DNA of 64,000 nt from an uncultured Acidobacteriota bacterium (GTDB lineage Bacteria > Acidobacteriota > UBA6911): positions 96,001 to 160,000 of the forward strand of contig CAWJKZ010000013.1 in assembly GCA_963843575.1 (NCBI GenBank), written 5' to 3'. The notes under the pieces are model-generated. The model made no database searches, had not been told where the DNA came from, and saw nothing but the letters and a program-made list of their open reading frames with translations. A program made the position numbers and the translations under genes. Shown piece by piece: positions 9,586 to 18,944 of the stretch; positions within the stretch are counted from its first letter, which is position 1; each line of letters begins with the position of its first letter.

Positions 9586-10980
9586 CTACTTCTTACCCTT
9601 GGACTGCACCTCGACCAGGAGTTCCGCTTTGCCGGAACCGAGCGACGCCGGAAGCGTAACCGAGATCGAATACGTTCCCTCGGCGGTGGCGGAGGCTGTG
9701 ATCTTGACCTTCATCGAGGCCACGCCCTGCCCGAGGGGACGATCAGGCTCTGCGGTGACCGGGCCCGCCGGGGGGAAAAGCAGCTCCGGGGTTGTCGATT
9801 GGGCGGGCTGGATCAGCAACACGACATCACGGGATTCCCCGGGGGCCAACTTGATGTGACCGGGCGCAAACACGATCCTCACGGAGCCGTCGGGCCGCTC
9901 GCTGTCGTCTTCGGAGACTTCCCCGACCAGCACCGTGGCGGTGGCGGAGCCGCCGAGCGCCTCGGCCTTGACGGTGGCGGTGCCCACAACTAGAGCCTCT
10001 ACCGTAAAATCTGCGGTGCGGGACCCCTTCGGAACGACGACCGAATCGCGGGGCAGGCTCACGACGCCGGCGCCCGAAGCGATCGTAAGAGCTATGTTGA
10101 CATCCGCAACCGCGGTTTCGCGCAACTTGACCGTGAACGTCCCGGTCTTCCCGACCTTCAGTTTCCGCACTTCCGGTTTCAGCTCGAGCGGTCCTATTAC
10201 ATTGACTTCTTTGGCATTCACCGTAAGGTCCACCATGACGCCCTTGACCTCGACGTAGGCGCCGGCCACCAGGTCGCCGGTGACCTCGGTCCCGGACGTG
10301 ACATTGACGTTCGTGACGTTCCCGGTGGCGCCGTTGACCGCCACCTTGAGAAGGCCGGTGGTCGGTTCGTATGACTCGACAACGCCCTCAAACTTCAGCG
10401 TCCCCTTCTTCTTCCCTTTCACGACGACCTCGACCGAATCCGCGGTCCACGCGCCGGTATCGGATATGGCGCCGGTGGCGTGGATCCGGGTGCCGGTGGT
10501 GAGGCTTGCGATCGGCACCTCCGCACCGTCGGACTGGATGTGGAGTACCGTCGGCACCAGGATGGTCAGCCCAAGCAGCGACAGGGCCGTGCCCTCGTTG
10601 TAGGGTGCGACACCAGTGATGTGGCCGTGCACATCGAACATGTTGGAATCGTCGTCCGGACCGAGGACCTTCACGCTGTTGGCCAGGATGCCGCTCGAGG
10701 AGAACTTTCCCGTGACCTCGACCAGCTGTGAGACCTTCTCGGCCAGCTGATCCATCGTAAGCGACGTGTCGCCGGGACCGCCGATTTCGGTCTTGGGGTT
10801 GACCAGGACCCGCAGGTTCACGGTGTCGATCTGCACAAACAGCGTGCCCAGTCCTTCGCCATTTGGCAGCGCCGCCGTGATGGTACCCGTGAATTGGACT
10901 TCGTTGTTGTTGAGGCCCTGGGGATAGGCAACAGCCGCAACCGCCACAACGGTCAGCAGAATGAGTAACAGCCTTCGCAT
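9586..10980 (-). CDS. Secreted DUF5666-repeat protein with C-terminal Ig-like domains
   Basis: Signal peptide; three repeats of (F/V)xGxI/V...T.I...L..G..VEV.G...A..V; beta-rich C-terminus. Confidence 0.65.
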   Translation of the reverse strand: MRRLLLILLTVVAVAAVAYPQGLNNNEVQFTGTITAALPNGEGLGTLFVQIDTVNLRVLVNPKTEIGGPGDTSLTMDQLAEKVSQLVEVTGKFSSSGILANSVKVLGPDDDSNMFDVHGHITGVAPYNEGTALSLLGLTILVPTVLHIQSDGAEVPIASLTTGTRIHATGAISDTGAWTADSVEVVVKGKKKGTLKFEGVVESYEPTTGLLKVAVNGATGNVTNVNVTSGTEVTGDLVAGAYVEVKGVMVDLTVNAKEVNVIGPLELKPEVRKLKVGKTGTFTVKLRETAVADVNIALTIASGAGVVSLPRDSVVVPKGSRTADFTVEALVVGTATVKAEALGGSATATVLVGEVSEDDSERPDGSVRIVFAPGHIKLAPGESRDVVLLIQPAQSTTPELLFPPAGPVTAEPDRPLGQGVASMKVKITASATAEGTYSISVTLPASLGSGKAELLVEVQSKGKK

Positions 10981-11019
10981 AGGAACACTCCTTTTGCCGG
11001 GCGAGGGGACGTTGCCGAC

Positions 11020-11061
11020 ATTATACGCCGCAGGATCTTATTAAAGGTGACAATTTTCACA
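11020..11061 (-). promoter_or_regulatory. Candidate CRP/FNR-family class II promoter for the DUF5666 gene
   Basis: TGTGA-N6-TCACC on the minus strand (11046-11061); perfect TATAAT at 11025-11020; site centred at about -40.5. Confidence 0.45.
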
Positions 11062-11066
11062 AAGAC

Positions 11067-11188
11067 ATGGAGTGCGGCGGCTCGACGCCGCTTTGGCGGC
11101 AGCGCCTGGGCGCCGCGCCACACTTCAGACTGCGGGGCAGGCACCGCGATGTCGCGATTTAGGGTGGCGCCGCGGCGCCGCACTCCAT
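11067..11188. repeat. REP doublet (REPIN-like), family B (TGGAGTGCGGC...)
   Basis: ATGGAGTGCGGCGGCTCGACGCCGCTTT ... GGCGCCGCGGCGCCGCACTCCAT inverted pair; related copies at 43735-43857 and 3561-3585. Confidence 0.75.
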
Positions 11189-11189
11189 A

Positions 11190-12110
11190 TCAGGCAACCG
11201 TGTTGCGGAGGGTGCCGATTTCAGGAACCGTGATCTCGACGAGGTCCCCCGGCAGGAGCGCAAAATCGTCGGGCGGCACGATGCCGGTCCCGGTTAGCAG
11301 CATGACCCCGTGCCGGAAAGACTGGTCGCGGAATAGATAGGAGATCAGCTCGTCGAAATCGCGCTTCATCTTGTCGAGCCCGGTCACGGCTTCGAAGCAG
11401 ACCTGCCCTTCGCGGCGGATCGTGAGCCCGATGGAGGACTTGCGGATGTCCGGCGCCCACTCCTGCAGGACCATTGACGGCCCGAGGGCGCACGACTGGA
11501 GGTAGATTTTCGCTTGCGGCAGGTACAGGGGGTTTTCCCCCTCGATATCACGCGAGCTGACGTCGTTCCCAATCGTGTAGCCTGCCAGGATACCCTTCCG
11601 GTTGATGATCAGAGCCAATTCGGGTTCCGGGACGGTCCAGCGGGAATCGGAGCGGATCCGGATGGGCTCGTTGGGGCCCGAGACACGGCTCGGCGTCGAT
11701 TTGAAGAACAGTTCCGGCCGCGGGGCGTCGTACACCTTGTCGTAGAACGAGCCGCCGTCGGAGCTCTCCACCATCCGTGCGTCCCGGCTGCGCAGATAGG
11801 TCACGCCGGCCCCCCAGACTTCCTGACGGGTCAGGGGGGCGAGAAGGTGGGGCCGCCCTGGCTCCGGAGGGATGTCGAGAGCCGAGAAGGCAAGCGACGG
11901 ACATCCCTCGAGCTCGGCTGCGATCCCCTGGATCGCGCAGGCTGGGTCGTCGCTGCAGATCAGATCGGTGAGCGATCCGAAATTCATGGGGTCGAGCGCC
12001 GTCAGGTCGAACACGCGGCCGTCGATCACGAGCCCGATGGCCGCCCCCCCGCTCGGGCGCCAGAACTGGCAGATCCTCATGGCTTTGCTGGCATCTCCGC
12101 TGTTGTCCAT
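11190..12110 (-). CDS. Fumarylacetoacetate hydrolase family protein, likely 2-keto-3-deoxy-pentonate dehydratase (XylX/KdaD-like)
   Basis: QEVWGAGVTYLRSR.AR..ES, RPELFFK, PEPEL, GNDVSSRDIEGENPLYLPQAK. Confidence 0.85.
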   Translation of the reverse strand: MDNSGDASKAMRICQFWRPSGGAAIGLVIDGRVFDLTALDPMNFGSLTDLICSDDPACAIQGIAAELEGCPSLAFSALDIPPEPGRPHLLAPLTRQEVWGAGVTYLRSRDARMVESSDGGSFYDKVYDAPRPELFFKSTPSRVSGPNEPIRIRSDSRWTVPEPELALIINRKGILAGYTIGNDVSSRDIEGENPLYLPQAKIYLQSCALGPSMVLQEWAPDIRKSSIGLTIRREGQVCFEAVTGLDKMKRDFDELISYLFRDQSFRHGVMLLTGTGIVPPDDFALLPGDLVEITVPEIGTLRNTVA

Positions 12111-12113
12111 GCG

Positions 12114-13568
12114 TTACCCCGCCCTGTCGATGTAGACCGTTTTGATGCCGGTGAAAAAATCCAGGGCCGCGCGCCCTTGCTCGCGGGAGTGTGAGGAGGA
12201 CTCCTTCATCCCGCCGAAGGGCGCCTGCGGCTCTATCCCGGCTGTTTCGCTGTTCACCTTGACGACCCCGGCCTCGATGCGGCCGCAGAACTCCTGCACG
12301 GCGTTGAGGTCCTGGGTGAATATGCTTGCGGAGAGCCCGTACCTGGCGTCGTTGGCCAACCCGATCGCCTCGTCCAGGTCGCGCGCGAGCAACACGGCGA
12401 GGACCGGCCCGAAGATCTCCTCCCGGGCGAGTTGCGTATCGGGGCGGACGTCGACGAAGATCGTCGGTTCGACGTAGAACCCATGCTCGAACCCTTCGCC
12501 GCGGGGAACGGAGCCGCCAACCAGCAGGCGCGCCTGGGATTTCGCACTTTCGATGGCGGCGAGTATGGAGTCCTGCTGCGCGCGCGAAACCACGGGCGGG
12601 ACGAACGTCGATTCCTCGATCCCGGGCCCGATCTTGAGCTGCCGTGCACCCGCAGCCAGCCTGGCGCAGAACTCGTCGTAAATCGCGCCCACGACGATCG
12701 CACGGGAGGTGGCGGTGCACTTCTGCCCCGCGTAGCCGAATGCGCCGCGCAATGTCAGGTTGACGGCCTGGTCCATCTTGCAGTCGGGCAGCACGACGAC
12801 GGGATTTTTCCCGCCCATCTCGAGCTGGCATTTCACGCCACGCTCCGCCGCCCAAGCGGCAATGCGCCGTCCGACGTCATTCGACCCCGTGAAGGAGACG
12901 CCGTGCACCTTGGGGTTGCGGACGAGTTCCTCGCCGATCGCGCCGCCGCCGCCCGTGACGAGGTTGAGCACTCCCGCCGGAATCCCGACCTGCTCGAACA
13001 ACTGCGTCACCAGGACGGCACAGTGGGGCGTCGCGCTGGCCGGTTTGAGCACGACCGTGTTCCCGTACACGAGCGCCGGAGCCATTTTCCAGATCGGGAT
13101 GGCGATGGGGAAATTCCAGGGCGTGATCAGGCTGACCACACCGAGCGGGGCGCGGGTCGTGTAGATCATGGTCCGAGGGTTGACCGACGGGATCACTTCA
13201 CCCACGCTGCGCACACCCTCGGCGGCGTAGAAGCGCAGGAGCGCGACCCCGCGAGCCGTCTCACCGCGGGCCTCGGCGATGGTCTTCCCGTTTTCCCGCA
13301 CCATGGCCCGGGCTACCTGTTCCAGCCGCGCCTCCAGGATGTCGGCCGCTTTGCGCAGGTATTCGCCGCGCGCCGACCCCGACAAGGCCCTCCACTTCTC
13401 GAAAGCGCCGTCTGCCGCGCCGACGGCGCGACGGACGTCTTCGACCGTGGATCCGGCAAATTCGCCGATGACGTCGCGCACGTCGGCCGGGTTCGTGGAA
13501 GTGAATCCCGTGCCCGCCGGCGTCTCCGTCCAGCGGCCGCCGATATAATTGCCAAACACCTCGCTCAT
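12114..13568 (-). CDS. Aldehyde dehydrogenase, likely 2,5-dioxopentanoate (alpha-ketoglutarate semialdehyde) dehydrogenase
   Basis: ITPWNFP, FTGS, LEMGGKNP, GQKCTA, EEIFGP; adjacent to the KdaD-like gene. Confidence 0.85.
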   Translation of the reverse strand: MSEVFGNYIGGRWTETPAGTGFTSTNPADVRDVIGEFAGSTVEDVRRAVGAADGAFEKWRALSGSARGEYLRKAADILEARLEQVARAMVRENGKTIAEARGETARGVALLRFYAAEGVRSVGEVIPSVNPRTMIYTTRAPLGVVSLITPWNFPIAIPIWKMAPALVYGNTVVLKPASATPHCAVLVTQLFEQVGIPAGVLNLVTGGGGAIGEELVRNPKVHGVSFTGSNDVGRRIAAWAAERGVKCQLEMGGKNPVVVLPDCKMDQAVNLTLRGAFGYAGQKCTATSRAIVVGAIYDEFCARLAAGARQLKIGPGIEESTFVPPVVSRAQQDSILAAIESAKSQARLLVGGSVPRGEGFEHGFYVEPTIFVDVRPDTQLAREEIFGPVLAVLLARDLDEAIGLANDARYGLSASIFTQDLNAVQEFCGRIEAGVVKVNSETAGIEPQAPFGGMKESSSHSREQGRAALDFFTGIKTVYIDRAG

Positions 13569-13855
13569 TCGGTTCTCCTTGAGTGCCAGTCCCTTGGGGT
13601 TCCCGCGGACTTCAACGGCTCTTTCCGCAGCGCCCGGATCGCGGCGACGTCGCGGACACAGCGACCGCTATCGGCCACGGTTGTTGCGGCCGCGGGAGAA
13701 GAAAGCCGCCTCGCCACGTGCCTGTCCGTCATCGCCCCCGCAGGCCGGAACAGAGTGATCCGGATCGAATCCACCCACGCGGCGACCGCGGAAACGGCGC
13801 AGTCCGTGGCAGACGGGAGCCGGCCGGCCCGGCGCAATTGGCGCTGTGTATCCAT
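13565..13855 (-). CDS. Possible leaderless small ORF (96 aa) coupled to the aldehyde dehydrogenase gene
   Basis: TATAAT 7 nt upstream of the ATG; stop overlaps the ALDH start (ATGA); no recognisable domain. Confidence 0.3.
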   Translation of the reverse strand: MDTQRQLRRAGRLPSATDCAVSAVAAWVDSIRITLFRPAGAMTDRHVARRLSSPAAATTVADSGRCVRDVAAIRALRKEPLKSAGTPRDWHSRRTE

Positions 13856-13930
13856 TCCGGCGATTATATCCGTCCGGGAGCGCCCACTCCACAACGGCCT
13901 TCGGAATCAGGATGTCTGCGGCGATTTTGG

Positions 13931-15577
13931 TCACTGCACCGGGACTGCGGTGTAAAGTCCGTGGTCCTGGATCAGGGCCACCACGACAAAGGTCCCTCCG
14001 TCCGCACCGGCCAGGGTCATGGACCCCTTCATCGTGCGCGCCCCCGCAAAAAACTCGTGCAGGAAGGCGGCGAGTTGCCGGCCGGCCCCGAGCGGGTTGA
14101 GCTCCGGCGGCGTCAGGACAGACACCGGGCGGCCGGTCTCGTCCCGGACCGTGATCGAGATGGACGCCGGCGCGGCCCCGGGGTTGGCGACCGCGAAACC
14201 GGTGTAGCGTTCGTGCTCCTCGTCGTTGTCCACCAGGATCGTCGCGCTCGAGATCGGGGCGCAGGCGAACACGCCGGCGCTCGTCTTCAACACCCCGGCC
14301 TCGCGGAACTGAAACGTGGCCAGCCCGGCGACGCTTCCCCCAAAACTCTCGAAGCGCGCCCACCCGGTGGAGGTGATGGACTCCGCGGCGCCGCCCAGCT
14401 CCAGGATCTTGACGCCGCCGGAGGGGATCGAGACCGGCAGGGGGTTCGACGGCGCGCCGTTCGCGGCGGTGACGACGAGGTTGCCGGACGCGTCGCCCGC
14501 GCCGGTGTTGACCAAGGTCACGGCCGTCGTGAAGCCGCCGCCCATGGCTACGTGCGGGAAATAGGCCAATTGCGGGGGATGATAGCCCAGCTGGATGATC
14601 TCGAAATCGCTGGCGTTGATCTTCCTGAAATCCGCGTTGAAAGCGCCGTTGACCCAGCGTGTGTCGTAGGTGCCGCTGATGTACATGTCGGAGCCGTTGT
14701 CCGCCACGATGAGGCCGTGTTTCTTGAAGGCGCGGAAGAGCCTCTGGAGCTCGGGGGGGAAGCCGGAGAGGTTCACACCGGCCTTGAGGCGCAGCCGGGC
14801 GCCCATCGGCAGCGCCCGGGAGTTGTTCCCGGCGCGGTGCGAGGCGGGGTAGACGTATCCGTTGGTGGCCCGCACGGTCACTCGGAAGGCGTGGTCGATC
14901 TCCTGCTCGCCGTAGACCTCCTCGTAGCGTACGAGGCCGGGCAGGATCGCGAGTCCGGCGGCGTCCGAGGAGGTCCAGCCTTCGGGGCGGCGGGCATTGG
15001 TCTTCATGTCGAAGAAAGCCCCAGACCCGGCATGCCAGCGAGTTCCGTCGAAGAAGACGTTGTAGAGCTCGTACAGGTGGCGGTTATCCCGGTCCACGAG
15101 GATCATGTGGCGGTCCGCGCTGCTACGCAGGTCGACGCTGCCGGGCGGGCCGCCCTCGATCCAGTGCGGCCGGGTGGCGGCCTCGTCGGGAATCGGGTAG
15201 AACGGGATGCTCTCGCCCGTCGCGTGGTTCACCCCATCGCTTTCGTCCCCGTACTCGAACTGAACGGTCTTCTTCGGCTGATCGCCGCCGACGACGATGT
15301 AGGGATAGCCGTAGGTTTCGACGCTGCCGGGCGCAGCGTCGCCGCCGAAATCGGGGTGGAGCGGGCGCGGGGAGCCGTTGTTGACGAATGAAATGTAGGC
15401 GGCCGAGTTTGGGTCGACTGGGGCGTTGCTGATGTCGGCGTTCCACCAGTTGGAGGGAGGGAAGAGCGGCAGCGGGCCCGGAAGGGAGCCCCCCAATTCG
15501 ACGGTGCCGGCAAACAGCAGCGCCGCGGTTCCCCCGGCCAGCGCACAGATAAGAACTCGTCGCCTCCAAACGTGCAT
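13931..15577 (-). CDS. Secreted protein: conserved uncharacterised domain plus C-terminal beta-sandwich module
   Basis: Signal peptide; DRHMILVD..LYELY, WTSSDAAGL.ILPGLVRY.E, HAFRVT, PMGARLRLK; C-terminal FPHVAMGGGFTT..TLVN module. Confidence 0.7.
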   Translation of the reverse strand: MHVWRRRVLICALAGGTAALLFAGTVELGGSLPGPLPLFPPSNWWNADISNAPVDPNSAAYISFVNNGSPRPLHPDFGGDAAPGSVETYGYPYIVVGGDQPKKTVQFEYGDESDGVNHATGESIPFYPIPDEAATRPHWIEGGPPGSVDLRSSADRHMILVDRDNRHLYELYNVFFDGTRWHAGSGAFFDMKTNARRPEGWTSSDAAGLAILPGLVRYEEVYGEQEIDHAFRVTVRATNGYVYPASHRAGNNSRALPMGARLRLKAGVNLSGFPPELQRLFRAFKKHGLIVADNGSDMYISGTYDTRWVNGAFNADFRKINASDFEIIQLGYHPPQLAYFPHVAMGGGFTTAVTLVNTGAGDASGNLVVTAANGAPSNPLPVSIPSGGVKILELGGAAESITSTGWARFESFGGSVAGLATFQFREAGVLKTSAGVFACAPISSATILVDNDEEHERYTGFAVANPGAAPASISITVRDETGRPVSVLTPPELNPLGAGRQLAAFLHEFFAGARTMKGSMTLAGADGGTFVVVALIQDHGLYTAVPVQ

Positions 15578-15699
15578 CTGTCGTTCCCTTTGTGCCGCGC
15601 GCAACGGACGGCGACACTCCGGCAGCTCCGCGCCAGGTCCGTTATGTTAACGCCAGGCGGGGCATTTTGGGAACAAGGGATCGCGCTTGCCGGACAGCG

Positions 15700-15939
15700 C
15701 TATTCGGAGCCTTCGGTCACGGCGACCCGGCCGGCCCCGTGGCATGTCTGGCACATCCCGCTGCCCATACACTTGGAGCACGGCCGGCGCTGGTCGGAGC
15801 GCGACTCGCTGTGCACCGTGCCGGAGATTATGGAAATGGGAGGGGTGGCGCTGTGCTGCAGATGCCCTGTGCCGTCGCACCGGCTGCACTTGCCGGACCC
15901 GTGGCAGCTGCTGCAAGGGTGTTTTTCGGTGGAGCTCAT
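15700..15939 (-). CDS. Small DnaJ-type zinc-finger protein (four CxxCxGxG)
   Basis: CSSCHGSG, CSRCDGTG, CSKCMGSG, CQTCHGAG; AAGGAG RBS. Confidence 0.75.
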   Translation of the reverse strand: MSSTEKHPCSSCHGSGKCSRCDGTGHLQHSATPPISIISGTVHSESRSDQRRPCSKCMGSGMCQTCHGAGRVAVTEGSE

Positions 15940-16132
15940 CGTGTGCTCCTTTCGCTGGTGAGGATCATGCCTGGCCCTCGGGGCGGGCTGATTGATCAAA
16001 GACTGCCTACAGGCTATCGGATTAGATCCGCAGTATCAAGCCCGACCGGTCCGCAACACCGGCACGATCGCGGCCGAGACCCGCCGAATCCCGGCAGCGC
16101 TCCCCGCTTTCCCATGTGCTATCTTTTACCGC

Positions 16133-17425
16133 ATGAACCCGCGCCGCACGGTCGCCGCCCGCCTCATCGAAGCCCGCGCCCACACGGATGCGTTATTCGA
16201 GTTGGTGCACCCGTCGGCCCTGCGCGAAAGGCCTATCCCGGAGCGGCACCGGATCATCTTCTACATAGGCCACCTCGAGGCATTCGACTGGAACCTCGTC
16301 TGCCGCGACCTGCTCGGGGCGAAGTCGTTTCACCCGGAATTCGACCGCCTTTTCGCCTTCGGGATCGACCCCGTAGAGGGCGAACTGCCGTCCGACCAGG
16401 CCTCGGACTGGCCGTCGCTCGGCGAGATCCGCCGATACAACCGGTGCGCGCGCGAAAGGCTCGACGAGGCGGCCCCAAGAACGGATCTCGCCTGGGCCTT
16501 CAACGTGGCCATCGAGCACCGGCTGATGCACGCGGAGACATTCGCCTACATGCTGCACCGCCTCCCTTACCACCTGAAAGCCGCGCCGACAGGGGGGCCC
16601 GATCCTCAACCCGTCGCCGTGCGGCCGCGCCTGATCGAAATTCCCGCGGGCTCGGCTACCCTCGGGCTCGACCGGGGCGCACAACCGACGCTGGGTTGGG
16701 ACAACGAGTACGAAAAACACACGGTGCCGGTCCCGGGTTTCCTCATCCAGTCCCACAACGTCACAAACGGGGATTATCTCGAATTCGTGCGAGCCGGCGG
16801 CTACCGGGAACGCAGCCTCTGGACCGGCGCGGCCTGGGACTGGATAAACGCGCAGGGTGTCGAGCACCCGCATTTCTGGTCGGGGAAGGAGCCGGCCTGG
16901 AGCTATCGAGGCATGTTTGCGGAATTCGAGCTGCCGCTCCGGGCGCCGGTGTACGTCAGCCACGCGGAGGCGTCCGCCTACGCTCGATGGAAGGGGATGT
17001 CCCTGCCGACGGAGGCGCAGTTCCATCGCGCCGCCTACGGCGCCCTCGAAGGCGGCGAGCGCGAGTACCCGTGGGGCAACGACGCCCCCGGCCCCCGACA
17101 TGGCAACTTCGATTTCGCCCGGTGGGATCCGGTCGCCGCCGGCAACCACCCTGGGGGGGACAGCGCCTTCGGGGTCGCCGACCTGGTGGGCAACGGGTGG
17201 GAGTGGACGTCCACCCTGTTCGGCCCGTTTCCGGGCTTTCAACCACTCCCTTTCTACCAGACCTATTCGGCCGCCTTCTTCGACGGCAAGCACTACGTCA
17301 TGAAAGGAGGCTCCCCGCGCACCGCCGCCCCGCTCCTGCGCCGCACCTTCCGCAACTGGTTCCAGCCGCACTACCCCTACCCCTACGCCACCTTCCGGCT
17401 GGTGGGGACGAACCAGGCTAAATAG
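16133..17425 (+). CDS. Non-heme iron sulfoxide synthase, EgtB/OvoA family (DinB_2 plus FGE-sulfatase domains)
   Basis: RHRIIFYIGH, EHRLMHAET His ligands, PVYVSHAEA.AYARW, LPTEAQF, GNGWEWT, FRNWFQ; extended -10 TGcTATCTT with a leaderless-like start. Confidence 0.8.
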   Translation: MNPRRTVAARLIEARAHTDALFELVHPSALRERPIPERHRIIFYIGHLEAFDWNLVCRDLLGAKSFHPEFDRLFAFGIDPVEGELPSDQASDWPSLGEIRRYNRCARERLDEAAPRTDLAWAFNVAIEHRLMHAETFAYMLHRLPYHLKAAPTGGPDPQPVAVRPRLIEIPAGSATLGLDRGAQPTLGWDNEYEKHTVPVPGFLIQSHNVTNGDYLEFVRAGGYRERSLWTGAAWDWINAQGVEHPHFWSGKEPAWSYRGMFAEFELPLRAPVYVSHAEASAYARWKGMSLPTEAQFHRAAYGALEGGEREYPWGNDAPGPRHGNFDFARWDPVAAGNHPGGDSAFGVADLVGNGWEWTSTLFGPFPGFQPLPFYQTYSAAFFDGKHYVMKGGSPRTAAPLLRRTFRNWFQPHYPYPYATFRLVGTNQAK

Positions 17426-17642
17426 TTTTATATCAAGTGCTTAACTCATTGTTGCCCAGAAAATCGGGCCCTATTTGCGATTTTCAGGCCTATTTTCTTC
17501 AAATAACGTCGCTGATCCGGGATTTCGCGATGCGGTCGGGAAAGGGCGTGTTGGTAGAGCCGAGGCGATCCCGGACGTCAAAGAGGCGCAGCCGGGTTGG
17601 ATAAATCGCAAATAAGGCCGATTGTGGAGGCCATAAATCTAG
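17423..17642. mobile_element. AT-richer MITE-like element between convergent genes
   Basis: Ends TAGTTTTAT / ATAAATCTAG; internal inverted repeat AATCGGGCCCTATTTGCGATTT (~17462) vs AAATCGCAAATAAGGCCGATT (~17603). Confidence 0.45.
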
Positions 17643-17683
17643 TAAGATCCTGTAAACAATAGCTTTGCCATGGTCCGTCCCCG

Positions 17684-18939
17684 TTACTCGGTGCGGAGGG
17701 CTTCGACGGGGTCCAGGCGCGAGGCTTTTACGGCGGGCCAGGTGCCCGACAGGAGGCCGATGACCAGGAAGGTGGCGAAGGAGGTGAGAAACACGCGCGT
17801 ATCCACCAGCAGGTGAATGTCCCCCTGGCGGCTCTTGTCCTCGAAGAGTTCGCTGAGGAACGGAATCGCGCCGATCCAGCTCGCCAGCAGGATGGCGAGC
17901 ACGTACCCCAGGATGCCGCCGATGCATCGATAGTGCCAGCGCCTCGCCCAGAAACTGCAGCCGGATGTGCCACCGGCGCGCGCCCAGCGCCTTCATGATC
18001 CCGATCTCGTGCGTCCGCTCCTGCACGCAGAAGAGCATGATGTTCATGATGCCGACGCCCGCCACCGCCAGGGTGAAAAGGCCGATCACGTCGAGCAGGG
18101 CGCTTGTCGCCGTCGTCAGCCCGTTGATGATCCCGAAGACCATGCTGAATTTCTGGAAATGCAGCGCCTTTTCGTCGGCGGGATTGAACTTGTGCAGCTC
18201 CGCGAGCACCTGGCGCACCTGCCGGACCGCAGGTTCCTCCAGTGCGCCCGCCACGGGCTGAAATACCAGCACGCTGTTGTGCGTGATGTCCGAGATCGTG
18301 CCCATCACGTTGACCGGCATGATCGCGCAATTGTCGTCCTGGGTGAAATAGTTCGAGATCGCGATCTTTTTCTTGAGCACGCCGATCACGGTGAAGCGAA
18401 CGCCGTTGACGTAGACGTCCTGGTCGATCGCGGGCGCCTGGCTGAAGACCTTCTTCTTCAGGTCGTATCCCAGCACGACGACCCGGCGCATGTATGCGAT
18501 GTCCTCGGCGGCTGATGAAACGCCCCTCACCCATGAACATCCCGCGGATCGCGCCGTACTCGTCGTTGACCGCCCGCACTCCCATCGTCGTGAGCCTGTC
18601 TCCCCACCGCAGCTGCATTTCGCGGTACACCTCGGGGCTGACCCGCTTCACCAGCGTGCAGCGCTGCCGGATCATCTCCACGTCTTCGGGTTTGGTCTGC
18701 ACGACGCGGCCGGCGCGGCTTCCCCCCGCCTGCATGGATGTCTGGCCGTTCCAGACCACGACCACGTTGTCGCCGAAGTACCTCAGCCCGAGGAACATCG
18801 ACCGCTGGAAACCGTCACCGTAGGCCATCAGCAGGATGAAGGAGGCGATCCCCCACGTGATGCCCAAAACCGTCATCACCGAGCGCTTCCGGTAAGCGAC
18901 CAGGTTTTCCAGCACGCGTTTGAAGATCTCGAGAATCAT
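17684..18939 (-). pseudogene. MacB/FtsX-family ABC permease with two +1 frameshifts (~18513, ~17926), probably sequencing errors
   Basis: MTVLGITWGIAS; [25 protein letters not shown]; [17 protein letters not shown] split over three frames. Confidence 0.75.
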
Positions 18940-18944
18940 GGCGG

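Noticed and set aside
16133-17425. FGE-sulfatase (C-type lectin fold) domain as a possible DGR target
   Set aside because: No reverse transcriptase and no template repeat seen; the DinB His motif indicates a sulfoxide synthase.
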